Below, piece by piece: positions 8,330 through 18,298 of a stretch of DNA of 19,162 nucleotides; position 1 is the first letter of the stretch; every line of letters begins with the position of its first letter. The notes below the pieces were generated by a model that did not search any database, was not told the origin of the DNA, and saw nothing but the letters and a program-made list of their open reading frames with translations. The position numbers and the translations under genes were made by a program. The stretch spans positions 1-19,162 of the forward strand of contig JBBQRQ010000098.1 of NCBI GenBank assembly GCA_038214755.1. The letters are read 5' to 3'. Origin of the DNA: Verrucomicrobiota bacterium. Lineage in GTDB: Bacteria; Verrucomicrobiota; Verrucomicrobiia; Limisphaerales; CANJXF01.

Positions 8330-9670
8330 CTAAATTTTTGCGAATGCCGCGTCAAAAACTTCGATGATGAAATCCGCGTCGGCTTCGGTGATGCACATCG
8401 GCGGCGCGAACCGAATCGTCTGTCCCCACAATCCACCTTTACCGATCAACAAACCCATTTCGCGAGCGGATTCCAACACTTGCGCGCACTCGGCTTTGGC
8501 CGGTTCTTTCGTCTCACGGTTCTTGACCATTTCGACGCCGAGCATCAAACCTTTGCCACGCACGTCACCGATGATTTGGTGTTTGGCTTTTAATTTTTCC
8601 AGACCTTGTTTGATGCGCGTTCCGATTTTTTGAGAATTTTCCTGAAGCTTTTCCTTCTCGATTACTTCAAGCACAGCTTTGCCAATGGCGCTGACGACGG
8701 GATTTCCGCCGAACGTATTGAAATGAACTTTGCCAACGAGCGATTGCGCAATTTTCGCCGTCGTCACGACTGCGGCGAGCGGCGCGCCATTGCCAATGCC
8801 CTTTGCCATCGTGACGATATCGGGAATGACGCCTTGCGTTTCGAATCCCCAGAAATGTGTTCCGGTGCGGCCGAAGCCAGTTTGAACTTCGTCGGCAATG
8901 CAGACGCCGCCCGCCGCGCGAACATATTCGTAAGTATGCTTGAGATAATTTTCGGGAAACTCCACGAAACCGCCAACGCCTTGAATCGATTCCGCGATGA
9001 ACCCGGCAACTTTTCCTGACGTGGCGTAATCAATCAACGACTTCACGTCGTCAGCATATTTCTTTCCGGCGTTCGCATCGTCATAACCGTACGGACCGCG
9101 ATACGGATACGGCGCGATAGCGTGATGGACGCCAAAGCTGTGCGGCACATTATATTTCCACGTGCTGTGCGCGGTCAGTCCCATTCCTGACGAATTGCCG
9201 CCGTGATACGCGTTGCGCAACGCGAGCATGTCGTAGTTGCTCGTGGAAGCGCGCGCCATCAGCAACGCGAGATCGTTCGCTTCGGAGCCGGAGTTGCAGA
9301 AGTAACAAACCTTCAAATCCCCCGGCATTTTCGACGCGAGTTTCTCGGCGAATTGCACAACGTTCGGATGCAGATAAATCGTCGTCGAGTGCTGAAGAAT
9401 TTCATTTTGCTTCTGCGCCGCCGCGACGACGTGCGGATGACAATGACCGACGCTAATTGTCACAATGCCGCCGAGTCCATCGAGATAACGCTTGCCCTTG
9501 TCGTCCCAAATGTATTGCCCCTTGCCCTCGACGAACATGATCGGCTCCTTGTAATAAAGGAAAATTCCGGGATTCATGAACTGCTTGCGCAGTTTTAAAA
9601 CTTCATCGGCAGACGGGCCGGAATATTTTGTCGGTTGATGGTCGCAGGGCGGTAGCGTCGGTGTTTTCAT
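8330..9670 (-). CDS. Class III PLP-dependent aminotransferase, alanine-glyoxylate aminotransferase 2 (AGXT2)-like (446 aa)
   Basis: EGKGQYIWDDKGKRYLD, SVGHCHP, NSGSEANDLA, AYHG, IAESIQGVGG, ADEVQTGFGRTG, PDIVTMAKGIGNG (PLP lysine), HFNTFGGNP and GDVRGKGLMLGVE. ATG at 9670 (MKTPTLPPCDHQP). Confidence 0.92.
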   Translation of the reverse strand: MKTPTLPPCDHQPTKYSGPSADEVLKLRKQFMNPGIFLYYKEPIMFVEGKGQYIWDDKGKRYLDGLGGIVTISVGHCHPHVVAAAQKQNEILQHSTTIYLHPNVVQFAEKLASKMPGDLKVCYFCNSGSEANDLALLMARASTSNYDMLALRNAYHGGNSSGMGLTAHSTWKYNVPHSFGVHHAIAPYPYRGPYGYDDANAGKKYADDVKSLIDYATSGKVAGFIAESIQGVGGFVEFPENYLKHTYEYVRAAGGVCIADEVQTGFGRTGTHFWGFETQGVIPDIVTMAKGIGNGAPLAAVVTTAKIAQSLVGKVHFNTFGGNPVVSAIGKAVLEVIEKEKLQENSQKIGTRIKQGLEKLKAKHQIIGDVRGKGLMLGVEMVKNRETKEPAKAECAQVLESAREMGLLIGKGGLWGQTIRFAPPMCITEADADFIIEVFDAAFAKI

Positions 9671-9679
9671 TTTTCCAAA

Positions 9680-9691
9680 TGGTTCGAACCA
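9680..9691. promoter_or_regulatory. Candidate transcription-factor operator (perfect palindrome TGGTTCGAACCA) just upstream of the aminotransferase start
   Basis: 12-bp perfect palindrome 9 bp upstream of the ATG and downstream of a TGGACA...TTAATAAA promoter-like stretch on the minus strand. Confidence 0.4.
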
Positions 9692-9953
9692 ATTTATTAA
9701 CCCTGAACGCAGCGGAATGTCCAACGAAAGTGTGTTCGGTCTCGTTCCGCATAACCGAATTGCGCGAGGTGCAAAGTCCGCTATGCTCCGTCGATGGGCT
9801 CGGCTGTTCACACTCATCCGTAATAAAATTCCCTTGCCTCTTCGCGATGGTGTGATTTGATCCACAGTACTTAAAGGACATAGGACTGCAAATAAAAACA
9901 GTAACCTCTCAGCTGTCGTCCATAGTCAAATTAGTCGCGCGAGGGGAAAAATC

Positions 9954-11645
9954 ATGAAACTGATTACGGATATATCTTTGCGAACTTACTCTCGGACCCT
10001 CCTGTTTGCCATCGCCTTTTGGCTGGCGTTCGCAAGCGTTAGCGACGCGATAGCAACCGTCCGTTATGTGGCTGTGAACAGCGCTACGCCAACGCCGCCT
10101 TATACGAGTTGGGCCACGGCGGCGACAGATATTCAAAGTGCCGTTGATGCGGCCAATGCTGGTGATCAAATCCTGGTTACAAATGGAGTTTACCAAACTG
10201 GCGGACGAGTCGTGTATGGCGCGCTAACCAATCGCGTGGCCGTGACTAAGGCGGTTACGGTGCAAAGTGTTAACGGTCCGGCTGCTACGGTGATTCAAGG
10301 CCTCGGAGCGGTTCGTTGCGTTTATTTAACTAACGACGCAACCCTGGTAGGTTTCACGCTAACCAATGGAAACACACGGTATTCAGGAGATATCAATTTT
10401 GAGCAAAGCGGTGGGGGAGTAAGCTGTGGATCGACCAGTGCAGTTGTCTTCAACTGTGTTTTCACCGGCAATAAGGCTGGGTGGGGCGGCGGCGGCGCCT
10501 CCGGTGGAACGCTTACTAGTTGTATCCTTTCCAACAACTTCGCTTTCAGCGGCAGCGGCGGCGGCGCATTGGGCGGCATACTTAACAGTTGTACGCTTTC
10601 TTATAACCAGGTTTCCTCGCAAGGGCTTTTTGGCGGTGGGGCAGCGGGCAGCACCCTTAACAACTGTGTTCTTAACAATAACTCAAGCGACTCCGGCGGG
10701 GGAGCTATCGGAGGCGTGCTTAATGGTTGCATCCTCAGCAATAATATTGCAACTGATGGAGGCGGAGCATCGCAAAGCACCCTGAACAATTGCATTCTCA
10801 CGCGCAACGCGGCGAACAATATGGGCGGCGGCGCATGGCGCGGCGTGTTGAACAATTGCACGATCACAGCAAACTCCGCCTTTGTGTCAGGCGGCGGTGT
10901 CTCCGAGGCCGCGCTCAATAATTGCACTGTCACGAGCAACTCGGTCAACTCCTCCATTCATGGTGGGGGTGCCGATGCAAGCACGCTGAACAACTGCATC
11001 GTCTTCTTTAATATGGCTAACAACGTCAACGTCGTGAATTGGTCCGGCGGGACTTTAAACTATTCCTGTACCCAGCCGTTGCCCACCAATGGAATCGCGA
11101 ACGTTACCAGTGCGCCGCTATTTGTAGCTCAGGCAGCCTCAAACTTTCGCCTCCAGGCCAATTCTCCTTGCATTAACTCTGGCAGAAATTTATACGCACC
11201 CGCTGGCCCCGACCTTGATGGCAATCCGCGCATTGTCGGCGGCGCGGTGGATATGGGCGCATATGAATTCCAAACACCGAGTTCCACGATTTCATTTGCT
11301 TGGCTTCAGCAATATGGTTTACCCAGCGACGGTTCTGCTGATTACGGGGATCCTGACGCTGACCGGATGAACAATTGGCAGGAGTGGATTGCCGGCACTA
11401 ATCCGACTAACGCCCTTTCACTATTGCGTCTGTTAAATCCAGCAATTGGATCGGGAGTAACTGTGAGTTGGCAAAGTGTGAGCAATCGCACTTACTCTCT
11501 ACAACGCAGCCGCGACGTCGGAGCGCAAACGCCTTTTCTAAATCTTAAAAGCAACATTGTTGGGCAACCGGGCACAACGAGCTACACGGATACCAATGTT
11601 GTTGTTGGGACTGGGGCATATTTTTATCGGGTGAGTGTCGAATAA
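9954..11645 (+). CDS. Secreted pectin-lyase-like beta-helix repeat protein with choice-of-anchor-Q-like and Ca-binding (DPDADRMNNWQEWIAGTNP) C-terminal modules
   Basis: Signal peptide and RBS GAGGGG. About 8 repeats of GGGAxxxxLNNCxLxxN; FRLQANSPCINSG...DLDGNPRIVGGAVDMGAYE; terminal YFYRVSVE. Confidence 0.85.
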   Translation: MKLITDISLRTYSRTLLFAIAFWLAFASVSDAIATVRYVAVNSATPTPPYTSWATAATDIQSAVDAANAGDQILVTNGVYQTGGRVVYGALTNRVAVTKAVTVQSVNGPAATVIQGLGAVRCVYLTNDATLVGFTLTNGNTRYSGDINFEQSGGGVSCGSTSAVVFNCVFTGNKAGWGGGGASGGTLTSCILSNNFAFSGSGGGALGGILNSCTLSYNQVSSQGLFGGGAAGSTLNNCVLNNNSSDSGGGAIGGVLNGCILSNNIATDGGGASQSTLNNCILTRNAANNMGGGAWRGVLNNCTITANSAFVSGGGVSEAALNNCTVTSNSVNSSIHGGGADASTLNNCIVFFNMANNVNVVNWSGGTLNYSCTQPLPTNGIANVTSAPLFVAQAASNFRLQANSPCINSGRNLYAPAGPDLDGNPRIVGGAVDMGAYEFQTPSSTISFAWLQQYGLPSDGSADYGDPDADRMNNWQEWIAGTNPTNALSLLRLLNPAIGSGVTVSWQSVSNRTYSLQRSRDVGAQTPFLNLKSNIVGQPGTTSYTDTNVVVGTGAYFYRVSVE

Positions 11646-11744
11646 AAGGGTCAGATATCTGCGGCCTGCCCGCGACCCGTTGGAGCTAAGTCTGGCCGCG
11701 TTTCAATTTGTGTTTCAACTGTCCGCAGAATTCCAAAAGGTAAA

Positions 11745-11773
11745 TTCGCACCCGCCGAAGGCAGATGCTACCC
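11745..11773. repeat. Fourth copy of the 29-bp GTAG-type REP
   Basis: TTCGCACCCGCCGAAGGCAGATGCTACCC is 28/29 identical to 6078-6106; the difference lies in the hairpin loop. Confidence 0.88.
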
Positions 11774-11843
11774 ACTGCGATAGCCCGGTCTGGCTTCGCG
11801 CAACTGGATAAAAAAAATTTTCGCGCGAAAAAACTGTCCACGT

Positions 11844-11871
11844 TTGACATCGACACTTCGACCGATACTAT
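11844..11871 (+). promoter_or_regulatory. Putative sigma70 promoter of the pil cluster
   Basis: TTGACA (11844-11849), 16-bp spacer, TACTAT (11866-11871), about 40 bp upstream of the pilB GTG. Confidence 0.45.
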
Positions 11872-11913
11872 TGACCCATCGCTTGCAAAATATTTTTTCC
11901 GAAAAGGTAAATC

Positions 11914-13620
11914 GTGGCCGCCAAAGATGATTATTTAGTAGATTTATTGGTCGATATGGGATTGGTGACCAACGAACAGTTGGCGCCGGTCCGGGAACAA
12001 GCTGCGTCCAACGGCGAGGGCATCGTGGACTTGCTTCTTGCACAAAAGATTATCCGGCCGCAAGACGTGGCGCAGGCCAAAGCGGGTCATTTCGGGTATG
12101 AACTGGTCAGCTTCGGCGACTTGCGGTTGACCGATGAGATTATTTCTGCCGTGCCGCGTCACATCGCCAAACGATATCGCGCTGTGCCAGTCGCCAAACA
12201 CGGTCACTCGATCACGATTGCGTTGAGTGACCCTTCTGATCTCGACACGATTGACAGTTTGCAACGCGCGTTGAATGCGGAGATCGAATTGCGCGTGGCG
12301 ACCGACGAAGACATCGATGCCGCGCTCAATAAATATTACGGCGCGTCAGATGATTCGGTGACGAAAGCGATTCAGGATATCACCGAGAGCGAAGTTGATG
12401 CGGCGGTGATCAAAGGCGCGCAATCCGACGACGGCGCGGTGGTCGATGCGGATGCGCCGATTATCAAGTTGGTCAACACCTTGATCGTCGAAGCGTTTAA
12501 AGCGCGCGCGTCCGATATTCATCTGGAACCGCTGGCCAAAACTTTTCGCGTGCGTTATCGCATCGACGGCGTTTTGCACGAGATGAAAAGTCCGCCGAAA
12601 CGGTTGCAGGCTTCGATCATCAGCCGTTTGAAAATTCAGTCGAACATGTCCATCGCCGAACGCCGCATCCCGCAGGACGGACGCATTCAAACACAAGTCG
12701 GCGGCAAGTTGATCGACTTGCGTGTTTCCTGTCTGCCGACCAATCACGGCGAAAGCATCGTGATGCGTATCTTGGACAAAGAAGGTTTGCGATTGGGTTT
12801 GCCGGAGCTTGGATTTTTCACAGACGACCAGCAAACGTTCGAGCGCATGATCGGTTTGCCCGACGGAATTTTGCTCGTCACCGGCCCGACTGGTTCCGGC
12901 AAAACGACTACGCTTTACTCTTGTCTAAATTTTATCAATCGCCCTGATCGAAAAATTATTACGGTGGAGGATCCTGTTGAATATTTGCTGTCCGGCATCA
13001 ATCAGGTGCAAGTGAGCGAAACGGTCGGGCTGACTTTTGCGACCGCCTTGCGCTCGATGCTCCGCCAGGCGCCGAACGTAATCATGCTGGGAGAAATTCG
13101 TGATATGGAAACGGCGACCATTGCGATCAACGCCTCGCTCACCGGCCATTTGGTTTTTTCCACGCTCCACACCAACGACGCACCCGGCGCGGTGACTCGT
13201 CTCATCGACATCGGCGTGAAACCATTTTTGGTGGCGTCCTCGACCCGCTGTTTGATGGCGCAGCGTCTCGTGCGAAAAATTTGCAAACGTTGCGCTGAGC
13301 CTTACGTGCCGACCGAAGCGGAATTGCGTTCGCTCGGACTCGATCCGAACAACGTGCAAGGCGCGACTTTCAAAAAAGGAAAAGGTTGCAGCGACTGCAA
13401 TAAAAATGGCTATCGCGGACGTTTTGGTGTGTTTGAAATTTTTGTGATCGACGATGAAGCGCGCAAATTAATTTATGATCGCGTGCCCAGTTCGGTGCTG
13501 CGAATTCGCGCGCGCGAAATGGGGATGCGCACGTTGCGCGAGGACGGCGCGCGAAAAGTTCTCGCCGGATTGACCACGCCGGAAGAAGTTATTCGCGCCA
13601 CGGTGGGCGATGTGGAGTGA
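11914..13620 (+). CDS. pilB: Type IV pilus / T2SS assembly ATPase PilB/GspE (paralogue 1)
   Basis: ASDIHLEP, ERRIPQDGR, Walker [49 protein letters not shown], and Zn-binding CxxC pairs (CKRC, CSDC). GTG start. Confidence 0.92.
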   Translation: MAAKDDYLVDLLVDMGLVTNEQLAPVREQAASNGEGIVDLLLAQKIIRPQDVAQAKAGHFGYELVSFGDLRLTDEIISAVPRHIAKRYRAVPVAKHGHSITIALSDPSDLDTIDSLQRALNAEIELRVATDEDIDAALNKYYGASDDSVTKAIQDITESEVDAAVIKGAQSDDGAVVDADAPIIKLVNTLIVEAFKARASDIHLEPLAKTFRVRYRIDGVLHEMKSPPKRLQASIISRLKIQSNMSIAERRIPQDGRIQTQVGGKLIDLRVSCLPTNHGESIVMRILDKEGLRLGLPELGFFTDDQQTFERMIGLPDGILLVTGPTGSGKTTTLYSCLNFINRPDRKIITVEDPVEYLLSGINQVQVSETVGLTFATALRSMLRQAPNVIMLGEIRDMETATIAINASLTGHLVFSTLHTNDAPGAVTRLIDIGVKPFLVASSTRCLMAQRLVRKICKRCAEPYVPTEAELRSLGLDPNNVQGATFKKGKGCSDCNKNGYRGRFGVFEIFVIDDEARKLIYDRVPSSVLRIRAREMGMRTLREDGARKVLAGLTTPEEVIRATVGDVE

Positions 13621-13700
13621 GTCGTGTGAAGCGTTGAAGCGTTGAAGCGTTAATGGTTAAATCGGAAGAATCTTTTGTGACCCGAACTTGCATTAGAAAC

Positions 13701-13796
13701 GTAGCGCAGGTTTTTAACCTGCTGTATCGCGGGTTTGCAACCCGCTGGATGGCGCGACGCCCGGCCGGTTGCAAACCGGCGATACAGCTGCGCTAC
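13701..13796. repeat. Nested-palindrome REP element with GTAG...CTAC ends
   Basis: Terminal inverted repeat GTAGCGCAG / CTGCGCTAC. Inner arms 13721-13745 and 13764-13788 are 23/25 complementary, with compensatory changes in their internal hairpins. Confidence 0.85.
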
Positions 13797-13798
13797 AG

Positions 13799-13879
13799 GA
13801 AGACGGCGCTCGAAAAGTTCTCGCCGGATTGACCACGCCGGAAGAAGTTATTCGCGCAACGGTGGGAGATGTGGAGTGA
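13799..13879 (+). repeat. 81-bp direct duplicate of the last 26 codons plus stop of pilB (13540-13620)
   Basis: 77/81 identical. All four differences are synonymous third-position changes, so both copies encode EDGARKVLAGLTTPEEVIRATVGDVE*. Confidence 0.95.
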
Positions 13880-13992
13880 TTTGTAAAACGTGAAACATGA
13901 ATTTCAAACGCCATAATCGGAAATGAAACAACGCCTTTCTATTTATCAAAAACTTTCTGTAGAGAGGCAAATGTTCGGGATCACGTGGCCCT

Positions 13993-14020
13993 TTTTACGT
14001 TTCACGTTTCACGTTTCACG
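13993..14020 (+). repeat. Heptamer tandem repeat (TTTCACG)x3 plus one degenerate unit immediately upstream of pilT
   Basis: TTTTACG-TTTCACG-TTTCACG-TTTCACG. Degenerate reverse-complement units (AAAACGTGAAACATGAA) occur at about 13885-13901. Confidence 0.75.
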
Positions 14021-14031
14021 TTTTTAAATTT

Positions 14032-15141
14032 ATGTCCTATTCAATGTCTGATTTGTTGCAGTTGGTTGTCTCGGAGGGCGCGTCGGATTTGCACTTGCGC
14101 GTCAATGTGCCGCCCGTGATCCGCCTTCATGGAATTCTTCACCGCGTGGAAGGTCCCTTGCTCAAACCCGAGGACACCGAGGAGTTGATGCGCAGTATTA
14201 CTTCAGAAGATCACATCCAACAGGTCCGCGAAAATGGCGGCGCGGATTTCGGTTTTGCGTTTGGCGAGTTGGCGCGATTTCGTGTCAGCGTTTTCAAGGA
14301 ACGCGGCAATTTCGGAATGGTCCTTCGCCAAATTCCGAATCGTTTGCTCACGCTCGAACAAATTGGTTTGCCGGAAACTATCATTCGTTCGCTCATTCAC
14401 AAACCGCGCGGTCTGGTCCTCGTCACTGGACCCACTGGCTCTGGAAAAACCACCACGCTTGCTTCGATGATCAACATCATTAACGAAGAACGCGACGACG
14501 CGCACATCATCACCATCGAAGATCCGATTGAGTATTATCATAAACACAAAAAAGCCATCGTCACCCAGCGCGAGGTTAACATCGATGTGCCGAATTTCGC
14601 GGAGGCATTGCGGCGTGCTTTGCGTCAGGACCCCGACGTGATTCTCGTCGGCGAATTGCGCGATCTTGAAACGATGGAAGCCGCCATCACTGCGGCGGAA
14701 ACGGGACATTTGGTTTTCGGCACTTTGCACACCACCGGCGCGGCCAAGACAATTGATCGTATCGTGAACGCATTTCCAGCGAACCAGCAGGAAACAATTC
14801 GCATTCAGCTTTCCACCGTCTTGCAGGCGGTTATTTCTCAATTGCTTTTGCCGCGCTCCGACAAACCTGGACGCGTCGCCATTTATGAAATCATGGTCAA
14901 CACTCCGGCCATCGCCGCGCTCATCCGCGATAACAAAACGTTCCGCATCAATTCCGACATCCAGACCGGCGCGAAGTACGGAATGGTGACGCTGGATAGT
15001 TTTCTCATGGACAAATATCAGCAGGGTTGGATTTCGCGCGAGGAAGTGGTGAACAAGGCGCAAGACCCGGCAACGGCGCTGATTAAATTGCAGGAATTTG
15101 AAGCGGCGCAAATGGCGCAAGCCGCAAAAAACGCCGCATAA
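14032..15141 (+). CDS. pilT: Type IV pilus retraction ATPase PilT/PilU family
   Basis: [71 protein letters not shown] and [13 protein letters not shown]. The AIRNLIRE-equivalent motif is AIAALIRD. Confidence 0.94.
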   Translation: MSYSMSDLLQLVVSEGASDLHLRVNVPPVIRLHGILHRVEGPLLKPEDTEELMRSITSEDHIQQVRENGGADFGFAFGELARFRVSVFKERGNFGMVLRQIPNRLLTLEQIGLPETIIRSLIHKPRGLVLVTGPTGSGKTTTLASMINIINEERDDAHIITIEDPIEYYHKHKKAIVTQREVNIDVPNFAEALRRALRQDPDVILVGELRDLETMEAAITAAETGHLVFGTLHTTGAAKTIDRIVNAFPANQQETIRIQLSTVLQAVISQLLLPRSDKPGRVAIYEIMVNTPAIAALIRDNKTFRINSDIQTGAKYGMVTLDSFLMDKYQQGWISREEVVNKAQDPATALIKLQEFEAAQMAQAAKNAA

Positions 15142-15147
15142 TTTTTT

Positions 15148-16851
15148 ATGGCTGAATTCGTTTCCAATCCATTGCTGGAGCTGATCAAAGAGAGAAGTCT
15201 GCTCGACGATTTGCAACTCGAAGAAGTTTTGCAGGAGCATGGCCGCAGCGGAAAACCGATCGCCCAACTCTTGCACGACTTCGGTTTCATCGATCGCGAC
15301 ACCCAGCTTCAAATCATCGCCGACCACCTCGGCACGGAAGTCGTGCAAATCCAGGAAAAAGATTTGACGCCCGAGGTGTTGAAAATTTTGCCGGGGAATA
15401 TCGCGCGGATGTATCAATGTCTGCCTCTGGCGGTTTTCGATTCCAGCGTCCGCGTGGCATTGGGTGATCCGTTGAATCCCGCCATCGTCGATGAACTTGG
15501 ATTCATCACCCGCCGGGACGTGCAACTCGTGGTGGCTGATCCCGGCGAAATCGAAAAAGCGATCAGCAAATTTTACGGCGACAGCAACGAAAGTTTTTCC
15601 GACATTTTAAAAGAACTGGGTGCAGACGGAGATTTGGCCAAAGAAGTTGAGGAACTTGGTTCGAGCGGGACGCAAGGCTTGACCACTTTGGCCAACGAAA
15701 CTCCCATCGTAAAATTTGTAAATCTCGTCGTTTATCAAGCGGTGCAAGATCGTGCCAGCGATATTCATTTCGAGCCGTTCGAAGATGAATTTAAAATCCG
15801 TTATCGCGTCGATGGCGCGCTTTACGAAATGGCGCCGCCGCCAAAACATTTGGCGCTGCCGGTGATTTCCCGCATCAAAGTCATGGCGAATCTGGATATT
15901 TCCGAACGGCGTCTTCCGCAGGACGGGCGCATCTCCATGCCGGTCGGCAACAAACAAATTGATTTACGCGTCTCCACATTGCCGACGCAATTCGGTGAAT
16001 CAGTGGTGTTGCGCATTCTGGATCGCTCGGCCGTCAATCTCGATCTCGACTCGCTTGGTTTGCCGAAGATGGTCAACGAGTACGTCTCCGAAGCGATTCT
16101 CCAACCCAATGGAATTTTCGTCGTCACCGGCCCCACTGGTTCTGGAAAAACGACGACGCTTTATTCCTGCTTGCGACGCATCAATACGATTGATTCAAAA
16201 CTCTTGACCGCGGAAGACCCGGTCGAATTTGACATCGAAGGAATCATGCAGGTCGCCGTGAACGATGCAGTCGGAATGACTTTCGGAAAAGCGTTGCGCT
16301 CATTTTTGCGGCAAGATCCGGACGTCATCATGCTCGGAGAAATGCGGGATTTGGAGACTTCGCAAATTGCCATTCAAGCGTCGCTCACCGGCCATTTGGT
16401 TTTGAGTACGCTTCACACGAACGACGCTCCCGGCGCAGTGACGCGACTCATCGATATGGGCGTGGAGCCGTTTCTAATTTCTTCCACGTTGATGGCCGTG
16501 CTCGGACAACGTCTGGTGCGCACGACCTGCAAAAAATGTCGCACGCCTTTTGAGCCGACGGAGAGTCAACTCTCCTTGTTGAATCTTTCTCCACATGACA
16601 TCGGCGACAAAGTTTTTTATTACGGGCGCGGCTGCGCGCTGTGCAACGACACTGGCTACAAAGGCCGAAAAGGAATCTACGAATTATTGGTGGTGAGCGA
16701 ACCGATCCGGGGGTTAATCAACCAGCGCGCGCCCACTGTCGTGGTGCGCCAAAAAGCGGTTGAGTTGGGAATGGTCACCTTGCGGGAAGACGGCTTGCGC
16801 AGTATCTTCGACGGTGATACAACCATTGAAGAAGTCGTAAAATACACCTGA
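15148..16851 (+). CDS. pilB: Type IV pilus / T2SS assembly ATPase PilB/GspE (paralogue 2)
   Basis: [65 protein letters not shown], and CKKC / CALC. Confidence 0.92.
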   Translation: MAEFVSNPLLELIKERSLLDDLQLEEVLQEHGRSGKPIAQLLHDFGFIDRDTQLQIIADHLGTEVVQIQEKDLTPEVLKILPGNIARMYQCLPLAVFDSSVRVALGDPLNPAIVDELGFITRRDVQLVVADPGEIEKAISKFYGDSNESFSDILKELGADGDLAKEVEELGSSGTQGLTTLANETPIVKFVNLVVYQAVQDRASDIHFEPFEDEFKIRYRVDGALYEMAPPPKHLALPVISRIKVMANLDISERRLPQDGRISMPVGNKQIDLRVSTLPTQFGESVVLRILDRSAVNLDLDSLGLPKMVNEYVSEAILQPNGIFVVTGPTGSGKTTTLYSCLRRINTIDSKLLTAEDPVEFDIEGIMQVAVNDAVGMTFGKALRSFLRQDPDVIMLGEMRDLETSQIAIQASLTGHLVLSTLHTNDAPGAVTRLIDMGVEPFLISSTLMAVLGQRLVRTTCKKCRTPFEPTESQLSLLNLSPHDIGDKVFYYGRGCALCNDTGYKGRKGIYELLVVSEPIRGLINQRAPTVVVRQKAVELGMVTLREDGLRSIFDGDTTIEEVVKYT

Positions 16852-16856
16852 TTCTT

Positions 16857-18164
16857 ATGCCTAAATTTAATTACGTCGCCATGGATTCGCGAGGGAAGGA
16901 AACGAAAGGCACCCTCGAAGTCGCCAACCAAAACGAGGCCATCGGTCGCATCAAGGAGATGGGCTATTTTCCGACGAAAGTTGTCGAGGTGGACAAGGGC
17001 AAGCTCGACAAAAAAGCGCAACCCGTTGCCAAAGGAAAAGGCAAAAAAGGGGGGATGAATTTTCAGATCAAAATCCCCGGACTTAGCGGCAAAGTTAAAT
17101 CAAAAGTCCTCACCGTTTTTACCCGGCAATTAGCCACTCTCGTCGAAGCCGGTCTGCCTTTGTTGCGTGGTTTGCGTGTGCTGCAAAAACAGGAAAAAAA
17201 TGCCACGCTGAAAAATATCCTCGGCGATCTGTCCAACTCGATTGAAGGTGGCAGCACTTTTTCCGAAGGTCTAGCGCAGCATCCCAAAGTTTTCAATCGC
17301 CTCTTCATCAACATGGTCAAGGCCGGCGAACTGGGCGGTGTGCTCGAGGTCGTTTTGAAACGTCTCTCCGAGTTCATGGAAAAAGCGCAGAAGATCAAAG
17401 GCAAAGTGATTGCGGCGATGTTTTATCCCATCGCGGTCATGGTCGTCGCCGTCAGTATTTTAACGGTGTTAATGGTCTTCGTCGTGCCCAAGTTCAAAGA
17501 CATCTTTGCCGGAGCGTTGGGGGCCGGGAAGAGTCTTCCGAAGTTTACTGAATTCGTTTTGGGAATCAGCGATGCCATTGCTCACCACTTTTTTCTTACG
17601 GCGGGCGCACTGGTTGTTTTCGTTATCGCGCTGAATATTTTTATTCGCACCAAAGTCGGGCGAAGGCTCTTTGATAAATTCAAATTACACATGCCGGTGC
17701 TGGGGCCAGTTGTCACGAAAGTGGCGATCTCCCGTTTTACCCGCACGCTTGGAACTTTGGTCAGCAGCGGCGTTCCGATTCTTCAAGCTCTCACCATCGT
17801 AAAAGAAACTTCGGGTAATGTCGTCGTGGGCGAAGCCGTCGGCGCGGTTCACGAGAGTGTAAAAGAAGGTGAAACCATCACCGCGCCGTTGGAGGCCTCG
17901 AACGTTTTTCCTCCAATGGTCATCAGCATGGTGGATGTCGGCGAACAAACCGGCGCGCTCCCGGAAATGTTGATGAAGATTGCCGACAACTACGACGAAG
18001 AAGTGGATAACGCCGTCGCCGCCATGACCTCGTTGCTGGAGCCGATCATGATTGTCTTTCTGGCGTTAATTGTCGGCAGCATTGTCATCGCTCTGTTTCT
18101 TCCGTTGATCTCTTTGATGGACTCTGTCGGCGCGCCCGAAGGTGAAAAAGGGGAGAAGGAATAG
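16857..18164 (+). CDS. pilC: Type IV pilus inner-membrane platform protein PilC / GspF family
   Basis: FTRQLATLVEAGLPLLRGL, MVKAGELGGVL, AMFYP plus TM helix, RFTRTLGTLVSSGVPIL, VGEQTGAL, and LLEPIMIVFL plus TM helix. Confidence 0.94.
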   Translation: MPKFNYVAMDSRGKETKGTLEVANQNEAIGRIKEMGYFPTKVVEVDKGKLDKKAQPVAKGKGKKGGMNFQIKIPGLSGKVKSKVLTVFTRQLATLVEAGLPLLRGLRVLQKQEKNATLKNILGDLSNSIEGGSTFSEGLAQHPKVFNRLFINMVKAGELGGVLEVVLKRLSEFMEKAQKIKGKVIAAMFYPIAVMVVAVSILTVLMVFVVPKFKDIFAGALGAGKSLPKFTEFVLGISDAIAHHFFLTAGALVVFVIALNIFIRTKVGRRLFDKFKLHMPVLGPVVTKVAISRFTRTLGTLVSSGVPILQALTIVKETSGNVVVGEAVGAVHESVKEGETITAPLEASNVFPPMVISMVDVGEQTGALPEMLMKIADNYDEEVDNAVAAMTSLLEPIMIVFLALIVGSIVIALFLPLISLMDSVGAPEGEKGEKE

Positions 18165-18184
18165 GCTAACTATTTTGGATGAAC

Positions 18185-18213
18185 AACCGCCCGTTACTGG
18201 GCGGTTTTTTTTT
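18185..18213 (+). terminator. Rho-independent terminator after pilC
   Basis: CCGCCC-GTTACT-GGGCGG hairpin (extendable by AA/TT) followed by a run of 9 T. Confidence 0.85.
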
Positions 18214-18230
18214 GGAAACAAAATATTAAT

Positions 18231-18275
18231 TTGACAAGTCCCATCTCTCTCCGTAAATACAATGTAATCACATTG
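18231..18275 (+). promoter_or_regulatory. Putative promoter and inverted-repeat operator of the BrnT/BrnA-like pair
   Basis: TTGACA at 18231-18236, an AT-rich -10 region (TAAATACAAT, 18254-18263; exact register uncertain), and the palindrome CAATGT-AATC-ACATTG at 18260-18275. Confidence 0.55.
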
Positions 18276-18298
18276 CATGGCTAAACCATTTACAAAGT

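Noticed and set aside
9671..9865. 65-aa N-terminal extension of the aminotransferase in the ORF track (similar extensions for xdhC 2394-2492, the transposase 1003-1044 and the small protein 8151-8282)
   Set aside because: The extensions are non-homologous-looking and overlap promoters, repeats or neighbouring genes. The downstream ATGs give family-typical starts.
9700..9953. Riboswitch or other structured leader in the divergent intergenic region (also checked 11646-11913)
   Set aside because: I could not identify the conserved motifs of purine, c-di-GMP, Moco or other common riboswitches by eye. An Rfam/Infernal scan would be decisive.
13540..13879. Diversity-generating retroelement VR/TR pair (3 of 4 mismatches have A in the downstream copy)
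   Set aside because: All changes are synonymous third-position differences, one is T/G, and most adenines are unchanged. There is no reverse transcriptase in the window, and an ATPase C terminus is not a plausible DGR target.
14203..15525. 440-aa minus-strand ORF
   Set aside because: Antisense shadow of pilT/pilB2 with no protein-family features.
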